A stretch of DNA of 64,000 nt from Chiloscyllium plagiosum (lineage: Eukaryota), in contig NC_057718.1 in the NCBI RefSeq assembly GCF_004010195.1, forward strand, positions 59,106,838 through 59,170,837, given 5' to 3'. The position numbers were made by a program, and so were the translations under genes. The notes beneath the pieces were generated by a model. The model made no database searches and was not told the origin of the DNA. It worked only from the letters and a program-made list of their open reading frames with translations. Position 1 is the first letter of the stretch; the number at the start of each line of letters is the position of its first letter. Positions 38,991-52,119 of this stretch are shown here, one piece after another.

Positions 38991-40144
38991 AAAATCCCGA
39001 TTTAATGTAACTAAATCAGTTTCTGTTTCAGTAAGTTTTTCCAAAGAAAATTCTGTTTACAAATTTTAATCTGAAGCCAAACCTACCTGGAACACATGCT
39101 GATGCACCCATCATTTTCTGTTCATTTAACATGAATGTAAGGAAAAATGTTGGCTTCATCTGTATGAATGGTTTCAGTTATTAAGTGTTTCTCGTTGTCA
39201 AGGGTTCTATATCAAGTGTACACAAGTGGAAAATTTTGTGCTTTAGTTTCTAGGCTTTTCTGTGGAATGGCCATTTTACTCTGTCACAAAAATGGTGAAA
39301 TACAGTCAACTGTGATATTGGTTAGGTGGAAATTTTCACAGGAAAAACAAGGCTGAAGTGAATGTCCAGATGAGAATTGGAAAATAATTACCTGAAAAGC
39401 ATATTCAAAAGATATGTTCTTCACTTTTCAGCTAATTGGCAGAACATTATAAATATATTTCCAATATGTGTTATGGTATTGATCTATTATTAAAGATGAA
39501 TGTTTAGCCTTCAACTCTAAAATGCTAGGAATGTGCCTTAAAATCTAAGTTAGAAAGACATACCCCACTAATTATATTTTTTCCTCTTGTGCTGTATACA
39601 GCTTTTTTTAATATCATGATATTGCATAGTAGAGGAGGAAGTTGGTTCCTTATTGAAACTTGATTTCTGTTCAATGACAATACTGAGCTCTTTGATCAGT
39701 TACCTAAAAATGGAGAAGTTTTGTTTTTTTTAGTATATTTACAAATGTTATAATCCATCTGTAACTCTAGATTTTAATCTGCTTTCTTTATGTGGAAAAG
39801 TCTGCTGTCTTAATCTACAAAAACTGAAACAGACACTTTGTCTGTATTTTAACTTCATGTTCATGTTTTCTAAAGTGCCAAATGTTCTTGTTGAGTATTG
39901 AAGGTGTATGGAGAGCATGAAAGACTGAGAAATTGGATCAGCTGGTTTGGGCAGATAATTTTAATTTTCTGTTGTAATATTGAATATTTTCATTATTTTG
40001 AATAATGCAGCCCAGCATGCAGCATTTGTACAACTACTTCTGTTTTAACCAAGTAAAATATTTGTGGGATTTAAAAACAATAAAAATGGCTTATCAATTC
40101 AATTAGATAAACAAGGCAACCTTTTTTGCGTTGTCTTGTGTTAT

Positions 40145-42670
40145 CTCAGAGTCATACAGCACGGGAGAGGCCCTTTGGCCCATTGAGGCTGTCCTGACCG
40201 TTATATACTGACCTTACTTTCCAGCATTTGGCCCATAGCCTTAAATGTTAAGAGACTGCAACTGCTCATCCAAGTACTTTATAAAGATTGACGTTTCTGG
40301 CCTTTGCTACCCTCCTGTGCAGCGCATTCCAAATTTCCACAAACCTTTGGGGGAAAAGTTTTCTTTTATCCTCAAATCCTCTCTAAACCTGCCCTTCACC
40401 TTATTTTTATACCGCCTCTTTATTGACCCTTCAACTAAGTACTACAACTGCTTCCTATTCATCGTGCCCATGCTGCTCATAATCTTAAACACTTTATCCA
40501 GATCTCTCCTCAACCTTCTCTACCCGAAGGCAAACCGTCAGAGACTATCCAGCCTCTCTTCATACCTAACATACTCCATCCCAGGCAACATCCTGATGAA
40601 TGTCTTCTGCACACTCTCCAGTACAATCACATCTATCCTACAGTGTGCTGACCAGAACTGCACACAGTACTCCAGCTGTGGCCTCGCAAAAATTTTGTAC
40701 AGCTCCAAAATAACCTGCCTGCTTTTATAATCCATGCCATGACTGATAAAGTCAACTGTCCCGTGTGCCCTCCTAACTATCCTGTTACCCGGTCATGACC
40801 CTTTCAGGGATCTGTCGATAAACATCCCAAGATCCCTCTGTATTATGAGCTTCCTAGTGTCCTGCCATTTGTTGAGTACTCTCTTGTCTTGTTACTTCTT
40901 CCAAAGTGCATCACTTCACACATCTGTGTTATAGTCCATCTGCTACTGATATGCCCATCTGACCAACCTGGTTATATCTTCCTGTAACATAAGACCTTGT
41001 CCGCACTATTAACAACACTGCCAATCTCTGTGTTATCCACAAACTTATTTGCCAACCTTCCCAACATTCTCCTCTATAGCATTCACATATCTTACAAACA
41101 GTAAGGGACCCAACACTGATGACTGTGCTTTGCCACTGGACACAGCCTCCAGACACACACAGTTTTCAAGTACAACCCTCTATCTCCTGCCACTAAGTCA
41201 ATTTTGAATCTGACTTGCTACATTATCCTAGATCCAATGTGGTTTTTACCTCCATTGTTTCCTATGTGGAAATTTGACAAAGGCTTTCCAAAATTCCACA
41301 TAAATATAACAGCTGCAGTATCCTCATGTACATATCTGATCACCTCAAAAAGTTTTCATCAGATTTGTTCTGATAAAGCCACATTGACTATTCCTGATCA
41401 AATCTCACCTTTCAATGAATTACTTTCTTCAGAATTTTCTCCAATAGTTGAATTGCAATTGATGTGAGAGTTGTTGGTTTGGAATTCCCTGGTTTATCTC
41501 TAGCAGCTTTGGGACAGAGCTCCTGTAATTTCCTCCCTCACCTCCCACAGCAATCTGGAATACAACAAATCTGGATCAGGATAGTCACCTGATGAAGGAG
41601 CATCGCTCCGAAAGCTAGTGTGCTTCCAATTAAACCTGTTGGACTATAACCTGGTATTGTCTGATTTTTAACTGAATATTCCTAGACATTCAGGGTTCCC
41701 TGGCCTCTTTGCTGGTACGTTTCATCTTAAAGGGAACGTTATGGGTCAGTATTTCCTTTTCCATTTCCTTTTGAAATGTCTCCCACTGTTCTGCAATAGA
41801 TTTTCCTACAAGTTCCTGCTGCCAGTCTACTTTGGCCAGATCCTGCCTTATTTTAATTAAAACCTGCCTTCCTCAGCCCAAACCTTTTTTGCAGACCATC
41901 TTTTTCCTTTCCATAACAAACTTAAAATGTAGTGTAGTCATCGCTGTTATTAAAATACTCTCCCACTGCCACCTTGACCACATGTCCAGCTTTGTTCCCC
42001 AGAATTTGCTGCAGCACTGCATCACCTCTTGTTTGACTTCTGACATGTTGACATAAAGAGCTCTCCTGGATATATGTCAATAAATCCACACCCTCTAAAT
42101 TCATTACACTATGATCATTCAAATTAATGTTAGGGAAGTTGAAATCCTCCAATATAATTACCCTGTTATTATTACTTTTACACATCGAGAAATGTGACTC
42201 CCATTTTTATTCTTAAGCTCGATCCACAAAGCCTTTTTCGAAGACCCTTCCAAGATGTTGTCCTTCCTTATTGTAGTCACTAACTCCTTAATTAATAATG
42301 CAACACTACCCTTTTACATCCTCCCCTATTCTGCTTGAACATCGTTTCCCCAGAATGTTGAGATGCCAACTCTGCCCCTCCCTCCACTACATCTCTGTGG
42401 TACCAACAACATTGCTGGAAACTCAACGTGGCTGAACTCCTGCCTTGGTTCTTTTACTATAGTATGCTTTGTCTCTATTGTACTAATGCTGTATTCTCTC
42501 CCTCCGCCAAACTAATTTAAATTCCTCCCAGCAGCATTAACAAACCCACCCACAAGGTCCCATTCAGTTGCAGGTGCAGACCGACCCACTTGTACAGGTC
42601 CTACCTTCCCCAGAAACCGTCCCAGTACTCCAGGAATCTAGAACCCTCCCTTTTTGCACCAATTGTTGAG
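40145..42670 (-). mobile_element. Decayed CR1 LINE (endonuclease to 3' end)
   Basis: LYKIFARPQLEYCVQFWS..ESVQKTFIRMLPGM and RVIILEDFNFPNI motifs. Confidence 0.9.
41586..41620 (+). ncRNA. Minimal type I hammerhead ribozyme in a PLE terminal-repeat fragment (~41580-41675)
   Basis: cac-CTGATGA-a-GGAGC atc GCTCC-GAAAGCTA-gtg. Stem I cac/gtg, 5-bp stem II, palindromic AGCT stem III. Confidence 0.72.
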
Positions 42671-43292
42671 ACTTGTGCTCAAGTTAAATGATATAGCTTT
42701 TTGGTTGCTTTTAAACACTTCTTGCTTTTTTATAACAGTGCAAAGCATTTTATAACCTAGTCTTTTCCACCAAATCCAAATAATTTAAGTACAAATAGTA
42801 CCTTCACTGTCAAATTATCAGTGCTTCCTCAAATGATTTACATCTGTGTAACATAGTATGATCTTGCTTGCTCCTTTATTAATTATATTTTAATTTGGTA
42901 ACTTTTGAAAGAACAGTGCTTTAGAAGTTATACAAATTTTTGAAATAATTTGAAGTTTACTTGGAAAGAAGATGTTGTGACTGTAGAATGCTATTGGCTA
43001 GTTAATCAAACAATAAGCAAATAAATAGACTGCATTCAGTGTTTAAATTTCTTATTTCACAAGTTAGCCATTTATCAATACATTATGAACAAGAAGATTT
43101 CTTTGGCATAACATTAAGGACTTGTTTTATCCTGAGTTCTCAAATTATTTTACCTAAAGAAATCAAGTAGTTTGTTATACAACAAATCACCAGTCCTTAA
43201 AGATGACATCATTATCACATTGTTTTGTGGTAAACAGTAACAAAATAATGCAGGAAAGTTTCCATTCTTAATTTTTCTTCCCCTTTCTTTAG

Positions 43293-43328
43293 CCAATTAC
43301 AGTAAAGATGACTATCAAGAAATCCTAA
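43293..43328 (+). CDS. FANCL: FANCL terminal coding exon (exon 14 equivalent)
   Basis: Polypyrimidine tract then tttag|CCA ATT ACA GTA AAG ATG ACT ATC AAG AAA TCC TAA = PITVKMTIKKS* (human PITLKMSGRKH*). Confidence 0.95.
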   Translation, partial: PITVKMTIKKS

Positions 43329-43584
43329 CCACGGTTGTGTGAAGATTCTTCATATGAATATTTGTTAACAAGATGTCTAGTTTCTGAAGTTGACAACCAT
43401 GTTAAGAAATTTATTGATCTACTCCTAATTGTAAGAAGATTAACCTTGTATATCTGGCAGCTTATAAACTTGATTTAATGAATGCTGTGATTGCATACAC
43501 TAATTTGTCATAACTGCAAATAGTTAATACAATTCTTGTGATAAAAAGAATTTCAAAATCCCATGTAACAAAAGCTGAATCAGA

Positions 43585-43590
43585 TTTATT
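43585..43590 (-). terminator. Putative VRK2 polyadenylation signal AATAAA
   Basis: First minus-strand AATAAA (plus tttatt) after the stop at 43752, with a U-rich downstream element. A second candidate lies at 43410-43415. Confidence 0.55.
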
Positions 43591-43601
43591 CTGTCGCCAT
43601 A

Positions 43602-43607
43602 AATAAA
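43602..43607 (+). terminator. Putative FANCL polyadenylation signal AATAAA
   Basis: First AATAAA downstream of the FANCL stop, followed by GT-rich sequence. Confidence 0.6.
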
Positions 43608-43751
43608 CTGATGATGTAGAGTGTTCTTAATAGTGCTAAATTTAGTCTGTCTATTCAATAGCTTTATGCAAAAGAGACTGTTAAACTGTCTGAAAAGTTA
43701 ACTTATTACACAGCACAGAAAGAGTGACGGCTCTGATAAATTGTACAGTAC

Positions 43752-44213
43752 TTAAAAAAACATGATTACTAGGATAATCGAAACTATCAAGACAAGAACC
43801 GCAAAACCATATAGTAAGACATCTGATTTTATTCGGATTTGATCCTGGAACATGATGGAAGGTACTGTTGGCTCAGTCACTCTTGTTTCCTTCTGAACAG
43901 TCATTGTGACCTCTGGTTTACTGTAAGTAAGCTGAGGACCTCTTGGAAGTTCAGTTGGACCAATTATTCTAGCTTTATTCTGAACAGTCATTGTGACCTC
44001 TGGTTTCCTAACCTTGACCTGAGGTGATATTGAAGATTCAAATAAACCAGTCATTTTTGGTTTGTTTTGTACAGTCATTGTGACCTCTGCTTTTCTATCC
44101 CTTAGCTTCAGTGAAGCTGCATGTTCGACATTACGCAGTGTGCTACTTTTCTCTTTTGTCGATTTTGGTTCGTGTTGAGTTTGTCGTCTTGTTTTGTGTC
44201 TTGTTACAGCTGC
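43752..44213 (-). CDS. VRK2: Terminal coding exon of a tail-anchored protein, most likely vaccinia-related kinase 2 (VRK2A-type C-terminus)
   Basis: Acceptor tttctcgtacag|GCA. 154 codons including the stop, AAVTRHKTRRQ...VLLYGFAVLVLIVSIILVIMFF*. The C-terminal hydrophobic anchor and convergent position next to FANCL match the known vertebrate VRK2-FANCL arrangement. No kinase exons were recognised in the window. Confidence 0.75.
   Translation of the reverse strand, partial: AAVTRHKTRRQTQHEPKSTKEKSSTLRNVEHAASLKLRDRKAEVTMTVQNKPKMTGLFESSISPQVKVRKPEVTMTVQNKARIIGPTELPRGPQLTYSKPEVTMTVQKETRVTEPTVPSIMFQDQIRIKSDVLLYGFAVLVLIVSIILVIMFF
43833..44093 (-). repeat. Coding tandem repeat, 3 x 87 bp (29 aa), core K[AP]EVTMTVQ
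   Basis: acagtcattgtgacctctg recurs at 43897, 43984 and 44071 (period exactly 87). Confidence 0.93.
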
Positions 44214-47200
44214 CTGTACGAGAAATTTATTATACACATTAAAATGATGAAAAGTAATAGATGTCATTGAAAATGATACATAACTCAAGACCACAACTAA
44301 GTTCTTTAATTGTTTATTAGAGTAGAAAATGTTATTGTAACTTCTTCATATTGTATCTAAAGTTATTTGAGAAAATTGCATTTCCAAGTGCAATAAGTTT
44401 TAACAATATCACTCGAAAGTTTGAATGTCCTGACTATATGCTACTGCTTTTCCACCAAAGAAATACAGCATTTATTTTACCATAAAGTATCAAGATACCA
44501 CATAAGTTACATTACAAATGTTTTAAAAATGCAAGACGATGACTAACTAGTAGATTTTGTAAAAGGAAAAAAAAATTGCAATATGTTTCTGGTAACATTT
44601 TAAAATGAAAAATACATAGTTTAGTGAAGTCTCCATATTAAAGTCAAAGTCTTGAAGTAAATCATAAAATGAAACTTTTGTTTTTGTAATATTACATATT
44701 GATTTGTGAATTGGGAGGTGCTTTTTCCAGCTTGTTTAAAGATGTTGATGAAGTTGAACCAACTAATGTTGATAAACTGTGATGAAAAGCACTGAAGAAC
44801 ATCCCTATCACACCATCACAAATCCATTCAATCCATGACATAGGCACTTTGTTTTTGTAGAGAAGAATGGTTCCATCATCTTTAAGTAATAAGCCAAGAG
44901 ACCATCGTGAACTATTAAATTTTCATGTGTTCATCATTAAGTTACATAACAGCTGCTAATGGCTATGCGATTATTAGCAATGAGTTCTTACACTTGATTT
45001 TTGGAGGATGTACAAGTAAGTGATAGTACCAGCCTGGGAGAGCAGGTAACTGGCTCAGTCAGTAGAGCTATCCTTGAGAAGGGTGTGTGTGTTTGTGTTC
45101 AAGTCCCATTCCATTAGAGTCGACCACAAAATTAAAGTTGACAATGTAATACTTAGGAGATGCTGCTGGAACTGTCGTCTTTCATGTTAAAAGAAGTTCA
45201 TGTTAAAATGAAGTTGCTTGTGCCAGCTCTGATAGAAGTATATGATTCTATGAAAATATCTGAAGAATGCTGCTGCAAGTTACTTACTTCAACTTTTATA
45301 TTTACAGCTGTGACAGGAAAGTTCTGTTCTTAGTGATGAAAGGTGTTCTATAAATGCAAGCTCACAAAAAGAAAACACTCTAGTTAAGAAAAAAATCTTT
45401 CCATGATTTTAAATTAATTTTAAAAAGGAAATCAAGATTTTGACTAATCAATCAATATGACATGGACAATTATAACCAGAATGTAGCTAACTTTTAAATA
45501 AGATCGGCCTGGAACTACATTCGTTAAAAAGACGGACGTACAGATTTATTTGTCTATTCAGTTGCTGAACGGTTTGGTATAATGACAACTTTATAGTTGG
45601 GAATTTCCTCAAATTTTTCATCAGCTGTTAGAAGAATCCTAGATACCACTTTTATGAGCATTAATGAGGTTTTCATTGTACTTCTAAGAAAATTACAATA
45701 ACTGAGGAAATTCCTGCTGCATGTATTTTTTTGTGGCAATATTTAAACTTCAAAGTGTTGCACTCTTCAAATTCACCATTTATCTGATATATGATTCATC
45801 TTAATTCCTCACACTGCTGGTCCTTTTAAGGCAATGATGGTGTAAATTAGACGTCTTGCAATAGGTCAGCTAAAACTGACATTGGATCTGAGTTATGAAT
45901 TCAAACCTAAGTTCAAACATAGACATATTTTGAAGTATTTTGTTTAAGGTAAAACAGGGGTCCTGAAAAGGGGGGTGTTAACTGTCCTAAATTCTGCCCA
46001 GATTCACTCCCTTGCAATGGGGCATAGGCCCTGGTCAAATCCCATAAAACTTCAACTATCCATTTTCACACCAGGACACGATGGTTAGCTGCTCTTTTTG
46101 GCTACAGACTTTGATTTAGAGGTTCTGGAGTGAAAGAGAAATTCTTGGACAGGAAGACCAAAAGTAGCTGCTCTTATACCAGGAAGAGGAAAAGACTATT
46201 TTGAAACAAAAACAGAAATTACTGGAAAAACTTATTGTTAGTAGAATGCTGACATAAACAGATTCTCCGTTTGACAAGATGGAATTTCTAGAGTTTGAGG
46301 GGCCAAGAAGGACACCCCTTGGAAGGTGGTCAATGAAACTCCGGAGAATGGGTAAAGAACATCAGAGGATTCACCCTGATGTGCTGGGGAGAAGGGAGCC
46401 CTTCAAGGCCACATATGTTTAGTGTGTGCCATAACACATAAACATAGTATGGGGTTTTTGACAGTGCTAATTCATTCTTTTTTATCTGCAGTTTAATGTA
46501 TTAAGTTGCCTAGTAAATAATGTTTAGCCTATGTTGTTGCAGTGAAAGTCTTAATTTGTGAAATCTTGTTTGATACTTTGTATTGGTTACTGGAAATGCA
46601 ATGCAGGCTTCTCCTGGCATAAAAGTTAATTTAAAATGACCTCCTGACCACTTCAGCTGCAACACCAGCTGAAACTAGGTACAGTAGGCAAGGCACATCT
46701 CTGCCCATTCGAGTCTGAAATTGTTATCCAGTCCTAATATCTGCACATCTGAGGTCAGAAAAGGTAATTAGCGCTTCAATATATACCTCTGCAATTTTGC
46801 ACTAAGTTTCAATTTCTATGTTGAAATCAAATTAAATGATTGTCAGGTACCCTTGTTATGTTTGATTCTCTAGTTATTTCAGCCACAAGCCCACATCCCC
46901 AACACATAATACCATGGCTTAGAAAGAAAATTCAAGTGATAGAGGATGAGTATTTATTTTAGCCTTGTTGCAAGTTTGTGCAGTGCAAACATTTATTACA
47001 GTACAATTTATGGCAACATCAATACATGAGAATTATTATTTTTAGCATTTTCAGTTTTTATAGCTTGTTTTGATATTGGCAGAGGTAACAATGGTGGCTA
47101 GATACTTGTCCTTCTTTGAATATCACTTTGTCCTTGTTTGAATGTCATTTTGTGATCTTAAAGAAATTTGAAAATCTGCCACCCATCAGAAGGATGACAG

Positions 47201-47514
47201 TTGCAGCAAAAATGATGGTAATTAACTTTACTATTTTTTACCTAATCATCAGACAAACATTCAGCATGGGCAGTAATCTGGCAGAGAATTTCGTTCGGCA
47301 ATTAATAATTCACCCAATTTCATTCCATTGAAATCTCACATTGTCTGATGTAAACTTCAGTGCATACCAGAACATTAATGCTTGATTTGTATTCAAACTA
47401 AGTTTAATACTGCTAGAGTTGCTTGGTCTGCTACTGGGAAGATCACAGCCATGACAACCTTCCTACAGCTTTCCCCATCTATGTTTGAAAGAACATCGAT
47501 TAAGCAAAATTCAA

Positions 47515-47810
47515 GATTAGATTAGATTACAGTGTGGGAACAGGCCCTTCGGCCCAACAAGTCCACATCGACCCTCTGAAGAGCAACCCACCTACATTTA
47601 CCCCTTCACCTAACACTATGGGCAATTTAGCATAGCCAATTCACCTAACCTGCACATTTTTGGACTGTGGGAGGAAACCGGAGCACCCAGAGGAAACTCA
47701 CGCAAGCACGGGAAGAATGTGCAAACTCCACACAGACAATTACCTGAGGTGGGAATTGAACCTGGGTCTCTGGCACTGTGAGGCAGCAGTGCTAACCACT
47801 GTGCCACCCA
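47515..47810 (-). mobile_element. HE1-type V-SINE, near full length
   Basis: Head gggtggcacagtggttagcactgctgcctcacag, V-domain and (ttaga)n tail. Confidence 0.93.
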
Positions 47811-48419
47811 AAATTCCAAAACTAACTCCAGCCAAAATTTAAAGGAGACACATCTTTAGTTCCAGGACTCCATTGCAGTCAATTTTTGGATTTGTCTAAG
47901 TCGTTCAGACTTGATACTGAGTATTGGTAACTGTTGGTAGGCAATGCTGGAGATTTCCACAGAAATCATCTACAATATACAGGTTAAAGTGGAAAATTGA
48001 CATTCTGGTAGGGCTTTCTGCTCACATGTCTTGGGCAGTCACTGGTACCAACATACCCTCTAATGTTCTTGTTGTGTACAGGTGTTTTTAAATCTTTTGT
48101 GCACAGCAACTTAAAGGTCCAGCTTGTGTGAAGCTTTTAGGTTGTGCATAATTGGGATGGGTACAGTTTTGGTGAACTGGTCAAACCAACATTATTTTAG
48201 CTGCAACATTTGCCTATGCCAGAAATAGCTGTGGGAGGTCAGGCAGGTAGTCTGGAGGGAAAAGAACACTTGTGGGGCAAGACTGTGTAGTCACACTGAT
48301 AAACTGCATTCTATAAGGGGAACATTTAAAATGTAAATATTCATAAAAAGCTTTGCTGAATGAAGAACAAGCTGCAATGAAAATTAGTAATGTTGAACAA
48401 TGTGATAGTTGTTCCTGTC

Positions 48420-48950
48420 ACTATTTTTGCACATGTTAAATAACTAGTGGAAACAGAATATTCTTTTTTACATTGTCAAAGTTGTTCATAGTTTTTAATA
48501 CCTCACCAAGGTCACCTTTTAATCTTCTCTGCTCCAAGGAGAAAAAGCCCAATTTCACTAATCTGTCCTTGTATCCAGAATCCCTCATTCCTGGTCTCAT
48601 TCTAATAAATCTTCTTTGCACTTACTCCAGGGCTTTGAGCAGGGAAGGACGTTAAACTGAAAACAGTACTCCAAAGGTGGACAGACCATTTATTTGTAGA
48701 GATGTAGCATCACTTCCACTTTTTGTTTTACTCTATGCCTCTCATTTATCGGAACCACTTGGCTGCCTTAACAACTATTTTAACGTTCCTGGCTACCTTC
48801 AAAGAATTATGCACTTCAACCCTCAGGTCCCTCTGCTCCTGTACTTGCTTCAAATTGAACCTGTATTATCTCTCCATGTTTCTTCTACCAAAATGTATCT
48901 CCTCACATTTCTCTGCATTGAAAATCATCTGCCTAAGTGTCTACACATTT
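48420..48950 (-). mobile_element. CR1 LINE fragment
   Basis: QRRFIRMRPGMR..FSLEQRRLKGDL. Confidence 0.85.
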
Positions 48951-49034
48951 TGAAGACTTTATTATTTCAGTCAACTTTTAAATGAAAGCCATTCCACTCT
49001 GACCTTAAGTTCATATGGACCATCTCAGCCCTTA

Positions 49035-49285
49035 AACCCCTCATCTTCCACCTTGGGACCCTTCCATCACACGGCATTAACATCGACCTTCCCAGCTACA
49101 TTTCCCCCCAGCCCCAATCCCTATTTATCTCTCAGCCCCCTTGCCCCTCTACATTCCTGATGAAGGGCTTGTGCCTGAAATGCCAACTCCCCTACTCCTC
49201 GGATGCTGCTCAACTGCTTGTGTTTTTCCAGCGCCACACCTTTCGACTCTGACTCTCCAGCATCGGCAGTCCTCACTTTCTCCTT
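49035..49285 (+). mobile_element. Penelope-like 3' end with degenerate hammerhead (49157-49184)
   Basis: LIFHLGTLPSHGINID ORF end, then ctgatga-agggcttgtgcct-gaaatgcc and the terminal gtcctcactttctcct. Confidence 0.8.
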
Positions 49286-52119
49286 TATTCCTAAAGTGGC
49301 GTTCAAATTACTTCTCCCACACGAGAGATGGAAAATCAAAACCAAAGACTATGAGGCAGTACCCAATCTTTTAAAAGCGTTTCTACAATTTTCAATAAAA
49401 TAATCATTTAATTTCTGAAATGAATGCTGCCAGAGATCCAGTCAGTGTGTTTAAAACATCTTGTTGGGTTTGAACTTAGTTTAAATAAACTCTGAACCTG
49501 TGACCGCTGAATTGAATTTTAATACTACTCAATTGTATTGCTGTGTGTAATTTAATTACAAACTATGTTGTCTGTTGTTCCACTCATTGGAAACAAATAC
49601 CGCTTACTGGATCATTTAGTTATAACAATGTCAAGGTCTATACTTTATAAAGAATACCTTTTACATAAAGAGCTGAGCTAATCTTTTAAATTTATACTTC
49701 AGTCACGCCTAATTTAACAGGAGTACGCATGAGTCAATAATTAAATGCATTTTCTTCTTCAGTTGGCCATTTCTGATTTTTTTTCTGCTCTGACATACAT
49801 TACCCTGACAATAACCTTTACTAATTCAGCATTACTTTGTGTTATGCTCACATATTGTCAGCTATTTTGCTGAACATTCGACTAATTCTAAACTACACAA
49901 CCAATGCACATCTAACTGACATTCCTTTTCTCAGATGTATCCAATTTGTATCACTTAAAGTAATGAATATCTCCCAAATGCAATTTTCATTCATTTAATT
50001 AATTTCCCTGCACTTAACATTCTATGGCATCCACTATATCTGAATGATGAGATTGAAAAGTCTCACTATGTTGGATCACAGGCTTCATTCGAATGGAGAT
50101 CGTGAGGTGAGAGAGCCCAAAATCAAAGAACAGTAGAACATCTGTTGCTGTCATCACAAGAGCCTTCAGTCAACTGGGCCTTGGTTCAATACCCAGGACA
50201 GGGATCGAGGTTTCACGTTTGTGAATCATGGTTGAGAGTGAAGGCAACCAGTACCTTTGAGATGGGATCAGGATGAACACCTCCCAGCTCTATCTTCAGC
50301 TAAGTACAATCATCTTTTCTGAGCATAATGTGATTACTCAGCCTGGTTTCTTTGAAGTGACTGGCAGGGCAAGAAATCTGGAAATGAGGGGACTGCAGCT
50401 TAATTGCACAGTGCAGAGGTTCAAATGCCTGCATCAGACAAATAAATATTTTTATCTTTATACTGTTTTGGCAAGCAATGCTTTGCTGGATCGGAAAGCC
50501 TTTGTGCATGCTATTGAATCCAGGCATGTCCAGAAAACAGGCACAGCACAGACCAATTTTTGCAAAACTCCTTTTCCTAGTTGTCCATAAATGACCTTCC
50601 CGATTAAATACAGACTCAGTTTTATTATTCATTCTGTCACATTCTAAACCCAGCTCACAACTGATCACTGACATGCAGACATTCAGCATGAATATCTTCT
50701 CCCATGAATTTATTCACTGTCTATAAAGTAAGTTGGATTAACTATCATTCTGCATAAAAGTAAACTTGAATACAACAGTTTCACAAACCAACCTATTTGT
50801 AACTATAATGTTAGCAGAGAATTTTAAAGTCATGGCAGCATAGAGTTTAATTTTCTGTCTCGAGTGTTTATGAAGCATTAATATTCCAGACAATAAACTC
50901 CAGATACACCACACAAATGTCTTTTTGGATTTTTTTTTAAGCTGTGATATCAATGCCCTTTGCAAAAATGTGCATGCACACAGTGTAACCCCATTTCCGA
51001 TCTGCAATGGAAAAGCAAACCCATTCTTTAAAACTGCGTAAGCCCACACTGATAATTGATTGAAGCTCTGTTTCAAAGAAGTTCAAACCTCGAGTAAGGA
51101 AAATGGCTCATAAATAACCGGCTCTGGATTTTAGATGGCACACTTCCAAACAGATAATGACCAGAGAGACACCAGTGGGCCGAGGTCAGTTGTAAGTAGT
51201 GTAACCTTTGAGGGCTTGCACTCAGTTGGTTCAAGTCCAGACCACTTTGAAGTAGTTTCGACTTCAGTGCTTTTTTTAAGCATGACAAATGAGGGGCACA
51301 GTTCAGAGGCTCTCAATATCTGCAGTTGCAAAGACAAGTAAATCAACCTTCCTTCACTTTTACTATCTTGTACATTGTTGCTCTTATAAAATTTACTAAC
51401 CTACTAAACATAATTCCAGGTTGGAAGCTGATGTGTAAGACATAGCCCTCTATAAATTCAAGTATTTACACTGCAGCAAAATAAAATTGCAGCAATTGGT
51501 ACCCAATGTATAAAAATCAATACCATTGCTAACATAAAGTCAATGACAATTCAATGTTGGTGAAATGTATTCAAATTTCTGGCTGTGCCTTTATCTTCCT
51601 TTCCTCAAATTAGAAATTGTGGATTGAATCTTACCACAAATTGGCCAAGTGTCAGTTTCGTCAGGTTTCATGGAAGGTTTCTCTCTGTGATGCCTAGCGA
51701 GATTCCCCACGGGATGTTAACCCATCTCATAAGGCTCCATATCCCTAAAACTTCCCTCATTCAACACTGGCTAGATTCTCCCATTTGAAGGCGGAGGTAA
51801 GTGCGATTGCTGGGATATCCTTGGATTGCTGGCACCAGTGACAAGTTTGACTCCCAGTCAGGTACAGCATTGACAATCCATACTCTTCTTTTACCACCAA
51901 TGTGGCACAGCTGACATTTCTTTGCACATACAACTGCACGCTCCTACCTCTAGCACTAGACCACACAGGATACCTGACCACAGCCATATTCCCTCTTACA
52001 GCCAAAGCCTATGTTATTCAGGACCAGGGAAAATTGTGCCTATTGTGTCTCATTATGCTTCTCTACGATCGCTATGACTATCAAAACATCCATTTATTGT
52101 GCTAATGCGATGGTTCTTT

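Noticed and set aside
44214..44294. N-terminal part of the 180-aa minus ORF
   Set aside because: It lies upstream of the splice acceptor at 44214-44215 and is intronic.
45288..45347. Possible minus-strand exon with ag/gtaagta boundaries
   Set aside because: Stops in all three frames, and it overlaps a decayed SINE tail.
47616..47842. Short ORFs such as MEFWVAQWLALLPHSARDPGSIP and MDCGRKPEHPEETHA
   Set aside because: These are spurious translations of HE1 SINEs that recur at every copy.
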